The notes beneath the pieces were generated by a model. That model did no database searches. It saw only the letters and a program-made list of their open reading frames with translations, and was not told the origin of the DNA. Positions 35,801 to 47,800 of a stretch of DNA of 64,000 nucleotides are shown here, one piece after another; the stretch's first letter is position 1; each line of letters opens with the position of its first letter. The translations under genes and the position numbers were made by a program. Source of the DNA: Klebsormidium nitens (Eukaryota; Plantae; Klebsormidiophyceae); the NCBI GenBank assembly GCA_000708835.1, contig DF237369.1:18349-82348 (forward strand). Reading direction: 5' to 3'.

Positions 35801-38800
35801 GAGCAAGAGCTCTGTACCCTTTGGCGGTCCGCCTGGATTCGACAAATGTGACTCAATTGTCAAGAAGCGAACCTGGGCGTCACTTTTGCCAGGTAAAGTA
35901 CACCCTAAAAAGATGCCTGAAAAATACTCGAAACAAGCTTAAAATGAGTGAGTGAATGCCTTCAAAGACTGCAAGACCCGGTTTAGTTGCGGAAGGCCAG
36001 AACCAGTCACGAAAGTTTTGCACGACGCCTGGATGATGCTTCCATAGCACGATTGGTCACATCTGACAGCCTGACGAGTCGGTGGGGCTCGAAGTATGTT
36101 CAGTCACCTTCGAGGTCTCTCGTCGGGCTCATTCGGGTCCGATACATTTTCGTTCTTGGATGCTTCCGTCTCGGCGTCTCTTAACGGGGCCCGGCTTTGG
36201 TCCTGCAGCTGGCCGAGAAGCACAACTTCCTGATCTTCGAAGACCGAAAGTTCGCCGACATCGGAAACACTGTCGTGGACCAATATGCGGGGTGAGGCGC
36301 CGCTGAAGCAACTTGTGCCCGATATTTACTGAGGTCGATTCGGACGGAACCGTTCTTTTCTGGGTCTATTAGTCGAGCCAGCTATCAGTCACGGAAGACG
36401 GCCCGCTTGAGCAGGAAGAATGGGAGAAAGAGTGGGAAGACTCCCTCTGTCGTTAGGGCGTCGAATGTTGAGCTGATGATAGATTCCTTGCGACGGGAAC
36501 TTAAGAGCACCGTCTGCTTGTTTGTGAGTCTGGCGCTCCGCTCGCTGGTCATTCGTGCTGCCGCCACGGTAACTTTAGCACTGTCTTCGACGACTTTACT
36601 GATCCGAAACGGGCAAATCTCCGGTAATGCAAGCTCCGACAGCACATCTTGTTTGGTCATAAATCGGGTAGCTGCGCTCCCTTAACCAATATTGTTGGCT
36701 TACCTTGGCATCGTATACATTTTGAGCAGGCGAGCAGCGGTCTCTGTCGCCGGAGCTGATCACGAAATCCACCCTACTGCGCTTCTTCATTGAGTTTCCA
36801 TAAAGCCTTCAGCCTTTAAAAGGTGTCTGGGCAGTTGCGCCGAGTCAAAAACGCGGATTGCGTCGATTGGACTACAGAGACCCTTAACAGTCGGCGGACC
36901 GGGCCCGTTCCAGATTCACGGCAATGTCAGTGGGCCTTCTGTGGGCCTTCTTTGGATTCCCGCAATGTTGCCGACCTCGTTGGTCGTCGGACGGTTCCGG
37001 TAACCCAAAACATTAACCATGCCTTTGGCTGCTCGGCAGGGGCTTATACAAGATCGCAGACTGGGCGCACATCACCAACGCGCACGTGGTGCCGGGGCCT
37101 GGCATCGTGGACGGACTGAAAACGAAGGTGGGCTGCTTTCTGCTTGCGGCATGCGTTTCCAGCGACTGTCTTGCTTGCCTTTCTGCTTCGATGTCGCCGA
37201 ATGTGCACTAGTGGCGGCATGCACCTACTTTACTTCATCATCAAAACTGAGCCGCTTGCGTTTCGGCTGTGAGCTGTTTTTTGATCCCGCACCCGCGCAT
37301 GTGCAAGCTGTTTACCAAGAGCTAGCATTCTCAGAGTACTCCGGCAAACATTTGCTCTGCGTCTGTCTGGCGCCGTTCTCCCACCTTCGGAAGTTGCATC
37401 AACCAATTCCTCTATCTAGGACACAACACAAACCCGGAAACTTTCACATCTACAAAACAATTCTTTGCGATAGGGCCTCTCACAGGGCCTGTCCTCATTT
37501 TCCTCGCTCATGTGAGCTCCGCAGAGAGGAGAACCGATACCGCCAATATCAAGGAACCAGAGGAAGCCCCAAAATCTGAACAGAAATGTCGTAAAATTCT
37601 CCTTTGCAGGGCCTCCCTCAGGGTCGCGGCCTCCTCCCTTTCGCCGAGACGAGCTCCGCATAGATTCTTCTGCCGTTACACTCTGAACAACAAGAAGAGC
37701 CTGTGAAACCTTAAAGTTTGCTGAAACCCTATATCCTTCTTCACAGGGCCTCCCCAAGGGTCGCGGCCTCCTTCTCCTCGCCGAGATGAGCTCCGCGGGT
37801 ACTTTGGCCAACGGTGAATACACTCTGGCCGCCGCCAAAATCGCCGCCGACCACTCCGACTTCGTCATCGGGTACATCTCCGTCAACCCCGCGTCATGGC
37901 CGGGGGGTCCCGGCAACCCGGCGCTGTGCCATATGACGCCCGGGGTGCAGATGGGGGGCGGGGGCGATGCGTTGGGGCAGCAGTATAACACTCCCTCCTC
38001 GGTAGGTAACCTTACTTTTTACTCACCTTGCTGTATGTTGTTTGTATGCTTTATTTTTGTTTTCGTCTATTTCTCAGACTCAAAAGTGGGGTCCCGGCAA
38101 CCCTGCGCTGTGCCACATGACGCCCGGGGTGCAGATGGGAGGGGGAGGTGATGCGCTGGGGCAACAGTACAATACTCCCTCGTCGGTGCGTCTCGCACTT
38201 TTGACATTATCGTCTTTGCCTATAATCTAGAAGCTCCGAACTATTTCATTCGATTTCATAGACTGCCGCACGACGCCTGCGGTGCAAATTGGGAGCGGGG
38301 GCGACGTCCTGGGGCGGCAGTACAAAATTCCCCCTCAGTGCGCCTCTTCACTGCTCTTTTTCTCTAAGCGAGCTTTCTAATTATACGTCATCTGCTTTGT
38401 GTCTATCTCATGTGCCTGAAGAATCTACGCGATCTTCGTCTCTGGAGCAATGATTTCCCGGTCACCACTTCCTGCTCTGCAAAAAGGGAAAAAGGGTTGA
38501 GGGTCGCGCGTCTCTTAGACCCTTGTGGGCCGCTTACGATTGATGAGGCCTGTGCGGCTTTGGTTGACCCGCTGATAACCCGAAAGAGTACCCGAAACCG
38601 GGCAGTTGTTCTACATTGGCCTGCCGCGCTAGCGTTGGCTCCCAACCTTTGAGTGGACCCTTCAGTCATTGAATTTGGGCGTTCTTGAATTTTCGGTCGT
38701 TGCGCTTCTCAAGAAAACGCCTTTTGCGCCTCGGATGCAATAAAGATTCTTGGATCTTCGATTCTCTGCTAGCGACGCAAGATCCTCCCTTGGTTCGTTC

Positions 38801-39289
38801 ATGTGTCGGCGCTCTCACGAAGATACGAGTCGTCGTATCTCGCTGCTCAAAGGCAAAGACGAGAAGCAAAACTGTAATGTACAAAAAGTACTGAAATGAG
38901 TAGATTAAAGTAGGGGAAGAGAAAGTAAAGTAGGCGGCAGGAGTGCATGGTCATCCGGACAGATGATCTGACACGTTACCAATACGCCTTACCTCCGGAT
39001 CCTGCCTTCAACCTACGGGCGAAGGTTTCTTCCGCAACAGCAATGCGGAAGTAGCAGTGGCGGTCAATCCACCTCGTTGCCTTCTTACCTTCCTCCTAGC
39101 ATCCTTATGTACTGGTATCAGCAGTGACGATGCTGAGCAAGGGCCTGTGGTCCTCGCGTGCAGGTCATCGGGGAGCGAGGGAGTGACGTCATCATCGTCG
39201 GACGTGGCATCATCAAGGCGGCCGACCCCGCAAAGGCTGCGAAGGAGTACCGGGAAGCTGGCTGGGCCGCGTACGAAGAAAGTCTGTAG
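32857..39289 (+). CDS. UMPS: Bifunctional UMP synthase (orotate phosphoribosyltransferase + OMP decarboxylase), 478 aa from Met32857; possible in-frame upstream start at 32536
   Basis: Exons: 32857-33000, 33664-33801, 34078-34274, 34657-34978, 35608-35691, 36209-36291, 37040-37127, 37747-38001, 39164-39289; phases consistent. Motifs: [56 protein letters not shown]...[16 protein letters not shown]. Confidence 0.97.
37465..37665 (+). repeat. Two intronic copies of the acceptor plus 5' end of UMPS exon 8
   Basis: cag|ggcctccctcagggtcgcggcctcctccctttcgccgagacgagctccgca (AG ends 37609) and tag|ggcctctcacagggcc...gagctccgca (37473) vs real AG at 37746; spacing 137 and 136 bp. Confidence 0.9.
38078..38340 (+). 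repeat. Two intronic copies of the 3' end of UMPS exon 8; the first is a potential in-frame cassette exon (38078-38185)
   Basis: 38090-38185 encodes [32 protein letters not shown], identical to 37906-38001. It is flanked by a polypyrimidine-CAG and GTGCGT. A more degenerate copy ends at ~38337. Confidence 0.93.
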
Positions 39290-40420
39290 GTGTTTGTGAA
39301 CCCGAGGCGCAACGTGGACAAAGTGGGTTGAGTCAACAATGGTCCAGTTACAAGTTTCGTCGCTCCCTCCTTATCCGGTCACGGTGGGGTACCGACGTGT
39401 CTGAGAGTCCGGCATATGGCAACTACAGAGAACTACAAAGGGCTACTCAAGCGTGCCACAGCAACGGTGCCGTTGGACGAATTACTATGTGCCAATATCC
39501 CTTGTAGGCCGAAGTGTGGCGTCACAATCATTGAATTGGTCCATGCGATTACATCTTGTAGGCCAGGGCCTCTATGCGATGGCGCATGCATAAACGCCAT
39601 GCATGATGCCGTAATGCACACCGACTGATGCCTTGTCAGGTGTGGCGGCCTTAGACAAACATGTACCAAAGATGGCCCGAACTGTAAGCAAGTTGATTTC
39701 CAAATGCCCGGCCCAAGTCCAATATATTGCACCATATCTCTTTCATGATGGCCCTCCGTGTTCCACTTTACCATGCAACCGATTCGAGTTGAAAATACCC
39801 GCGTCGCATAATGATCTCGCCATATAAGCTACGGTATAGCTACATGCATGCTTACCAGTTGCCCCGGCCGCTCGCATCCAAAGCGAGATATAGCTAGTCT
39901 AGCTATGAACATTTTGACGAATGATCTTGCGCGTCCGGTCCCGGTTGTTGTAGGATTGGTCTCATCATCAAGGTACATGTGACCGTCCTTATGTTGTTGG
40001 AGACAGTACTGGGCCCGTGGGTGCATGATACACTGAGGAGATCTGCATGCATCGTCTTGCATGTCATGTCATCTCCATGGCAGCCTGCAGGTATGTTCAT
40101 GCGCCCCCGCACATGCAAGTCGAACACTTGAGTATCTCAAACAGTTGCATATGTGCCAGTGAGGGTTAACAAACCGATTGGCAAGCATATCATATGATGC
40201 TTGAATTCTTAGGGCGATCATACGAAATGCTGCGTGCACTGAACCATCAAACTTCTGTCGTCCATCCCCATTCAACCAAGTGGCTGCATGTTGGTGTATC
40301 CAGTCCAACTGGTTACTGGACCCGTTCAAACAACCAATCTGCACTCGAGGAGCGAAGCTGGGCTGATCTCCAGCTCTTGCCATTGAATGTCCGCTCAAGA
40401 CGTTTGTCGCCATACTTGAC

Positions 40421-41803
40421 TCAGCAGAACCAACAACTGCACTTTTTCGGGTATCCTTGTTTATGGACGGCCGTGAAACCGAGCTCGGCCAGTTCTGACC
40501 GTGACGGCTCTAGATTCATCTCGTTTAGGTCGGTCTGTAGTTCGACTCGAAGTAGAGAAGGGAAGGCTTTCTTCAGAGCCGTCACTTTGAGGAAAGCAGA
40601 GAGACTTACAAAATCCACTTCGACAACCAAGTCTCGCAGATTGATGTGAGTGCCTAGCGGTGTTGTCGCATGCCCCAGTAAGTGCAAGGCCCCATGTGAT
40701 AACCGCAGAGACCTTAACTCAGGTCCTAAGGTTGCGACGAGCTCGTTCATAGGGACAATACTCCGTTCTGCGACACCATGGAGCCTCGCGAGCTCCAAAG
40801 TCTCCAGGCCGGAAAACCTTTGCAGGAGGGGTTTTATCAAAACCGTCCAACATTTACTAGCGTCCGAAAACTTTCCCGGGGCTTCTTTTAGAACTAGGTG
40901 CCTTAGCAAGCCTGCTCCCGTCCAAAAGGTCGGCGGGCTAGTCATCTGACGGATGCCCAGAACAAGCTTCTCCAAGGTTGGCGTCATAAGGCTCCGGACC
41001 TCCAGGTTTGTTTCTAGACGGATCAAACGAGGTGCTTTGATCCTAATGCTTGAGAACCCTGCCCCCGTTAATTGCACTAAGCAAAGGCGCGTGATCACGT
41101 TGGACTCCAGTGCAACTACCCCAGAAGAAGCTGGCCCCGCTGCAAGCCTTGTAATGCACAGACTTTCTAGCTTTTTGCACTCACTCCAGAGTTTTCGAAG
41201 GCAGAGTGCCGTGACCTCCACCTTTACGAGGCTGAGCGTCCGGATGTTGAGTGCTTGGCTGACATCGGTGCTGATCCTCGCAATGCCATCAAAGCAAAGA
41301 CCCCGCCCGTCAATGGTTAGTTCCTCCAGCTTGCGGCATTCGAGCAAAAGGTTGAGCAGGCCTCCAAGGTCTGAGGCCTCGTCCGAGGCCGCTTGCATTG
41401 TATCAATGCCATCGACGAGAATGACGTCCATTCGGGCAGGACACCTGGACTTGAAGAGTGCGTTGAACAGCAAAGGAAGCTGAATGGTAGGTAGGCGCAC
41501 AAGCTGGGCATGGAGACCTAGACGCGAAAGAGATACCCTGTCGTCTTGGACGAAGTTCACTAGCGACAAGGCCTCCACAAGAGTGTCAAAGCTCCAGTCG
41601 ACATCTTTGACTTGGAAGCACAGTGTGGACCAGCGCTTGCAGACGCAGGAGGCCAGCAGGAAGTCCTGGACGTGATACTCGCATGAGTACTCATCGCCAC
41701 CCCGGCGGCGACCCACTTCCGTCAGTATTCTGCCCAGAACTTCGTCTGGGAGCAGGTCGAAGGGGGAGAGCTGCTGCGGCATTCTCATTGGCAGACCGTA
41801 CAC
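40421..41803 (-). CDS. Intronless F-box / LRR-like protein (~460 aa; start may be one of the downstream Met codons)
   Basis: Single long ORF with an N-terminal F-box signature (FDLLPDEVLGRIL...LASCVCKRWSTLC) followed by LxxLxL/CxxL repeats. Confidence 0.85.
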   Translation of the reverse strand: MYGLPMRMPQQLSPFDLLPDEVLGRILTEVGRRRGGDEYSCEYHVQDFLLASCVCKRWSTLCFQVKDVDWSFDTLVEALSLVNFVQDDRVSLSRLGLHAQLVRLPTIQLPLLFNALFKSRCPARMDVILVDGIDTMQAASDEASDLGGLLNLLLECRKLEELTIDGRGLCFDGIARISTDVSQALNIRTLSLVKVEVTALCLRKLWSECKKLESLCITRLAAGPASSGVVALESNVITRLCLVQLTGAGFSSIRIKAPRLIRLETNLEVRSLMTPTLEKLVLGIRQMTSPPTFWTGAGLLRHLVLKEAPGKFSDASKCWTVLIKPLLQRFSGLETLELARLHGVAERSIVPMNELVATLGPELRSLRLSHGALHLLGHATTPLGTHINLRDLVVEVDFVSLSAFLKVTALKKAFPSLLRVELQTDLNEMNLEPSRSELAELGFTAVHKQGYPKKCSCWFC

Positions 41804-42622
41804 TTGAGCAATGTGCGGATCTAATCAAGTATTTCCCGGGCGCCCAATGCGGCTGCCGCTGCTGCACCACCCGCTTGGCGGTCCCAGTCGGAGCCCGCAA
41901 GTTTCTATTGCGCGAGGACTCCTCCCTCTGTTGCTGTCTTTTGTGCTCAATGTCCAACAGTGATCCCCAAGTTGGCTCTGCAGTGTTAGCAGAGGGCTAC
42001 AGTCTCAGATTGTCACTGTACCGTGTAGATCTGAGCTCGTCTTTGCGCCATGGCGGCGTCGCGAATCGTAAGTGGCGCGAAATATCAAACGTGGCAAGAT
42101 CTCATTCGCCTGTAAGCTTGCTGCAATCTGGTCCCGTAGTTTCTGGAGGCTTTAACAAAATTGGATCATTGCACGTCGTCGATCATGTTGATCCGACAGC
42201 TATTAAAGAATGATTATATAGTTGCAAAATCAGAAGAAATCGACTTAATAGTTTGTCCAGGAGTCTGGAGTCTGGAGTCTGGACTACGCTGCGGCCCCTT
42301 CATACTTCTGATTGAGGCGAAGATAGCGGCTGACAAGTGAAGAGGTGGACGGCAGGGACTTCGGAACTTTTGACATTATTGTCGTGGCGGAAGCTTCTGT
42401 AGAAGGAAGGTCGTGAGCTGCCGAAAGCAGTAAAGGAGCGCGGGTAGAGCACAGGCATCACTGGAAAAGCTTTTCCACTGCTCGTCTGAAACGCAGGTCG
42501 ATCTGCCGCAAAGAATCTCAGACTTACGTACGCTTTTCACATTGCTCTTTTGGGCGCTGCCCTCCAGAACTAGAGTGCTTTCTGCAGTATCTTTTCCAAG
42601 GGTGTTGCAAGGAGGGCACAAC
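41804..42622. promoter_or_regulatory. Probable bidirectional promoter between F-box gene (-) and TMEM230 (+)
   Basis: Head-to-head starts ~0.8 kb apart. Contains a (ggagtct)x3 microrepeat at ~42259-42283. Confidence 0.4.
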
Positions 42623-44266
42623 ATGACGGGTATCGAGAGGCTCTATTCCATGCAGAATTTTGACGAGAATGGCTCCCTCATTGTCCACCACAGACCCCCC
42701 TACAAAGAGATTCTCCTGGCCGTGGGCCTGTTAACACTGGGCGCAGCTGGCATTGTGATCGGGATGGTGATGATCTACAATAAAATAGGGGGGGACCATT
42801 TACACGGTAAGTTCGGTTCGGGCACCTTTAGGGCGTGCTATGAGATGCGGAGTCTTCTAAATGTTTTTTTGCAACATTGCTGTGTGGGCCACTTTCCATT
42901 TGACTTTTCGCAGCTGCGTTTTGCAGTTCCTTATGGCCACGTTTCAGTACATTGAAGCCCTTTCCTTTTGTGCCTGTTATGGCTGGTCTCCTCTCAAAGT
43001 ACCTTCATGCGAGGCAAACTCAGAGGCCGCTTCAATGCTTGCCTCTTGAAGTGTATGCATAATGGGCCTGTGAAACGTCTTTGCCGCAAACATTTTTTCT
43101 AAGGAGTAGATTGAACTTTGTGGTTACAGATGTAGTGAGGAACCTGGTGATTCTGTTTGATTTAAACCTCACAAGATGTATGTGGAGAAATGCTCTGAAG
43201 GAGGAGTGGGGCGAAAATGTGATAATGTTCAAGCGGACGGCCGCTCAGAGTGTGCCCATCTCATTTTGTAAGGCCGTATCTACTCCCCACCTTGCGTAGA
43301 CACACGGACTTATAGGAGTGGTTTAGAAGTCCTCTAGTCATTCAAGTGGTTTCATATTTGTTGTCCGACATGAGTTCATATCTTGTGCCTCTTCTGCTGC
43401 CCACGCCGGTTGCCCGTGAGTTTATCGACGTTCTTCCCAGCTGTTTCAAAGTTGGCCTTAAGCCGCGAGCTGCCAAATTGTTTGGTTGGTGTAACCAAGT
43501 CCGCAAGTTTCACCGCAGAGAATGTCTGTTTTCTGGTCGCAACTTTTGTTCGACATTTCTACCCTTCAGAAAGACTAGGCCACAGAAGTGTTTAGTCCGG
43601 ATCAAACTGTTAAATCAACCAGAGAAGCTTCTGAGTTCTGAACAGCCTTTTTAACAAACAGCTTTTAGAACATGACTGATTCTGGCCCCATAGAGAGGCC
43701 AACAAGGAATGAGGGCAGCGAGTTTTCTGGGGTAATAAGCAGCACAGAGCATTCTTCAGCTTGAGCCTAGCCGCTGAAGCACTCTGGCGAGTTTGTTAAC
43801 GTCTTATTGAAAGCCCACTGCAGGAAGAATGGTTTCTAGCGGCTGACTTATATCGTATCCATGAGCAGGTATTGTCTTCACCATTCTGGGAGGGCTCCTC
43901 TTCTTGCCGGGATTCTACGAAACGAGAATAGCGTACTATGGTAAGTGGCTCGTTTACATGTCTACAAATAAGGAATCCTTAGGCAGTGCCCCGTTATGCT
44001 CTACAGAACTTTCATCTTGACTGTTTGTATTGCTCGACAGGTGAAACATGCTTTGGTTAGAAAAGCTCCATCTCTACGTCGCAGGGATGCCTCAAAAGGT
44101 TGGGTGGTTGTGAAGTGTGAAGACGAGAGTTCTTCCATTTACCGCTTCTGTGAAGGCAACTTAAATTTGGGACAAGGTGGAGCATTCTCTGACTGCAGCT
44201 TCGTATCTGCCTGCAGCATACAAAGGGTACAAGGGTTTCTCGTTTGCAAACATACCAGCAGTGTGA
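42623..44266 (+). CDS. TMEM230: Transmembrane protein 230-like (DUF872/TMEM134-230 family), 101 aa, 3 exons
   Basis: Exons 42623-42806, 43869-43940, 44217-44266 with matching phases. PYKEILLAVGLL...[46 protein letters not shown] matches the plant family pattern. Confidence 0.9.
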
Positions 44267-45639
44267 CCACCGCTGGTTGTTTCTTTGTACATGTTGTAAA
44301 GCTGCTAGGTAAGAGAAACGGATGCATCCTGAGTCGGATGCTTGTGTACGATACTGACAATAGACTGAGCAGTCGAAGTGTTACGATTACTTGGATGTCG
44401 TTGTGGACATTACTTGCTTTTCAAAGAGCCCGATTTGTAAGCTGGATTCCTACGAGACAAGCTTATACCTTGATTTCTGAATCGTCCCATGTCGAGTGGA
44501 GTCACTGCCTTCTACTTGAGAAGGGTGGTTCACATGGTGGTAATCCTGCACCCTTTTCCAAAAGTCAGGTCGATCATGTGAACCTCCTTAGAAGTCGTCA
44601 TCACGTGCTGGCTGCACTTCTGTGTCCATCCAATTTGAGGATCTGCTTGGAGTGGGCCCCGATAGTGCAGCGACACGTACATCGCTTTTGTTAAGTTCCT
44701 GAACTGCACCATCATAATGATGTACAGGAACAAGGGTATTGACACCTTGAATCTACTTCGGAAAGCTCCATCAGAAGTGCAGGTTGTGGCCTGAACATAT
44801 CTAGTACATGATCGCAAATATTGTCAGTCATCCGACGCCATTTTGAGGTACTCCCGCAAGTATCAGGATGCCACAAGGCTGCTGCAGTGGACACATAACT
44901 TAAAACCCCATGCTGCATATTACGTCTCTTGTCATGCAACAGGCCCATCATGATTCCACTTACTACATAATCGAACACGAAAACGTCAACGACCGGACAA
45001 CATATGTACGTGATGCGGCTGCTCGAAGTCCTGGGCCGTGACTACTACACAGGCGGCTGTATACTAATCAGGATTCAGTATGCAACATGACTTGGTACTA
45101 ACATGATTACAGAGTGACATGTCAACGTGCGGCCGCGCCCTTGCGGCATGAGATCTTGTTGGGCAACCGTGCAATCGAGCTAATACCTATACTAAGCTGA
45201 CAATTTGCATCACCATCCGGACGGTGTTTGTGAGCGGCTGGCTCGTTTTTTTATACACCCACTGAAATTCCTGGGCTCCATGACTTTCCAAGTAGCCTTT
45301 GGCCATCTGGTGGTATCAGTTCGTAATCGTGAGAGGTTCTCTCCACTCTATCATTCACTCGAAGTCCCGCTTCACACTAAACTAGCACTAATGATGGCGC
45401 CTCGCTCATCAACAATAGCAAAAGCTGCCCGATGACCGGACCGCAGGCTTTGATGACTGAATTTCCATCCTTAGATGTTAAAAAAATTGACTGTGCATAT
45501 CGAACACCACCGCAACGAGCATTGACAACTGTTGAAGGTGATCTCGATTATTGATCATCACGAATAATTGAAATTGGCGATCCGCTTGACTATGACCGAG
45601 GACCTCGCTTTTCGTTTCCGCAGAACAATGATGAGCTCC

Positions 45640-46642
45640 TTACGATGTTGCTTCAGACTCACGCACAGGTTCTTTATCTCTGTCGGGAGGTTTGTGTTGA
45701 TGGTGTTCACACTCATGATCTGAGTTGTCGTCACTACTGCTTTCATCAAAGGCCTTTTGCTTCTGAAAGATGCAGCATTCTGCATAAGAGGAGAGAATAC
45801 CTTCAAGTCTTCAGGCAGTTCCTGCCTGCTTTGGAGGCCTTGCTGCCCTCTGTAATTCTCGGACAATTCCAAATCCAAGATGATCGCATCCAAAATTTGT
45901 ACAGAACTTGGCGAGATTGCAAATAGGATAAGATGATTCTGGAGAAAGGCAGTCATCTGATGATATCGCACCTGTTCACTGAAACATCGACTTGTCAAGT
46001 CGAAGCTGGAAAATGAGCATGAAGCGAATCAATGAAGACTACACCACTATCGTTATTGATACTTTATCATGCCATCATGGACGAAAGTGACATACCAACA
46101 GCAGTGGCAGACGAGGAAGTTTAAAGTGACGTGATCATCTGCTGACAGAGAGTCTTCCGCAGAAAGGACTCACTTTTTGAGCTTTTCTTGTTGAGGTGCT
46201 CATTGTCGATGGTGTCCCCTTTCCATGACACCTTCTTCTTCCTTCTCGGTGCTAGCCGCAGAGTCACACGTTCCTCTGGGCAAAGCAATTTTTTTGTGTC
46301 ACGAATGATATTGAGGCGAAGTTCTTCAGCGCAGTCTCATAAATTTTGTTTGATTGCAGCTCCTCCAAGCTCTCTTCAGCAGTCTTTGAAGCTAGATCGC
46401 GAGCGGCAAGTCAGCGATATCATACTGAGCACCCAAGACCCATAGATGTGATAGAGCTGAAGGTAAGACATCGATCAAGCAGTTGATACAGGCAGAAAAC
46501 CAAGGGACGTCACGACAGATCAAAAGCGACATCTACCTTTTCTGCGTTCCTCACCTTGATGGTGTCCCGCAGCGCCGGACGGTTCTGCAGTGACTGTCTG
46601 TGTAACAACAGCAGGCTGTGCTGACGCATTAGCTCCTTCCAT
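45640..46642 (-). CDS. INH3: Protein phosphatase 1 inhibitor-3 (PPP1R11/Ypi1 family), 109 aa, 3 coding exons; missed by the ORF track
   Basis: Exons 46642-46555, 46275-46174, 45779-45640 with matching phases. [38 protein letters not shown] contains the RVxF-type KKVSW motif and the family KKSSKxCCIF motif, followed by an acidic/His tail. Confidence 0.93.
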
Positions 46643-46749
46643 CAGACACCAGGAGACGAAGCTTGTTCCGGCAAATGTGGTGCACTAAAAAAGGACAGGT
46701 CACCAGGAACAAGAAAAGTTGACGACGTGCGCGTGAACTTATTGTTCAA

Positions 46750-47800
46750 CAAGCGGACTTTTGCATGGATATGAGCGGCTGCCAGTGGCTGCCATCCCCC
46801 TGTGGGCCCCCTGTGCGTGATTTCTGTGCGAATCTCCAGACCCTAAAGGCGCCATGGACCCTGCCCCAATGTATTAAAATAAAATGATACATGGCCTGGG
46901 CTGCTGCAGCCCATTGGCATGAGGCTGAGGCCCATGCAGGGGCCTGTGCATGTGGGAACTGCAGCTGCATGCGCGCGCATACATGCTGTATGATTCCGCC
47001 ACTGTGTGATTCCGCCCTGATCAACAAGGGCGGATCCGGAACTCGGGCGGATTCGGAATTTTATCTCATGCTCATGCTGCATGCATAGCCTGCCGCCCAG
47101 TTCGAGTCCAGCAATGAGCACACGAGCATACTGTGCTATGGAGTCCATATGTGCACAGCAGATCTCATAGAAATCTAACTCACTTTCAAGCATGCCAGAC
47201 CTTCATTGATGGTCTCTTTTCGTACTCACCGTAGCCAAGTCTGAGTCAAGTGGCCCAAAAGTTGCAAAAGTGAGCTATGTATCCCGCGTTTGCTTCTCGC
47301 TAGAGTTCGTGTGTCAAAATCAGAACGAAATTTTCTTTCTTGCGGCATCTGATCATAAAAGGAGCTCTATATATACGGATAAACTCCCATCTTTGGCGCA
47401 TGAGCTCCAGGCTCATGCATGCATGCCGGGCTCCTGCATGGTACGTCAAAACTGATTGATTGGTTCCCGTCAGTGACGTACCTAGAGAATACTACGGCCA
47501 CACGTAGTATACATTGTACATCCAATGCACTCTGTTGACTTTCTGCCGAATTCAAGGAATTGCAATGCATCAAATGCGCATGCGGCCAAGTCAAACTTCA
47601 ATTCCTAGCTGACTCTACTCCATCATCTGGTGGCAATGCCAAATCCAAGTACGCGTCATGCCATGAGAGACCATGGCCTGATTCTGCCTTCAGTGTGTGC
47701 ATACGACCCCGCCATGCGGATTCGTTATCGATCAGGATGTGGGTTCTGCCTTCAAGCTGCTTCAGCGGTTCACTCAGTATTATTGTAATGTTGAGCCCAA
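46750..47800. other. CATG/TGCA-rich, palindrome-rich intergenic segment (unclassified repeat-like DNA); similar tracts at ~39400-40250, ~44850-45200, ~60600-61320
   Basis: Dense atgcat/catg/gcatgc words and short palindromes (tgggctgctgcagccca core, atgcgcgcgcat, gattccgcc...ggcggattc). Confidence 0.45.

Noticed and set aside
37416-37991. 191-aa minus-strand ORF
   Set aside because: Antisense to GC-rich UMPS exon 8 and its echoes.
41623-42213. 196-aa plus-strand ORF
   Set aside because: Overlaps the F-box start in antisense and its promoter; no motifs.
43996-44694. 232-aa plus-strand ORF
   Set aside because: Spans TMEM230 intron 2, its last exon in another frame and the 3' UTR; no motifs or coding-like codon bias.
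45558-45998. 146-aa minus-strand ORF
   Set aside because: Wrong frame over INH3 exon 3 and intron 2. The conserved CCIF frame explains the region.
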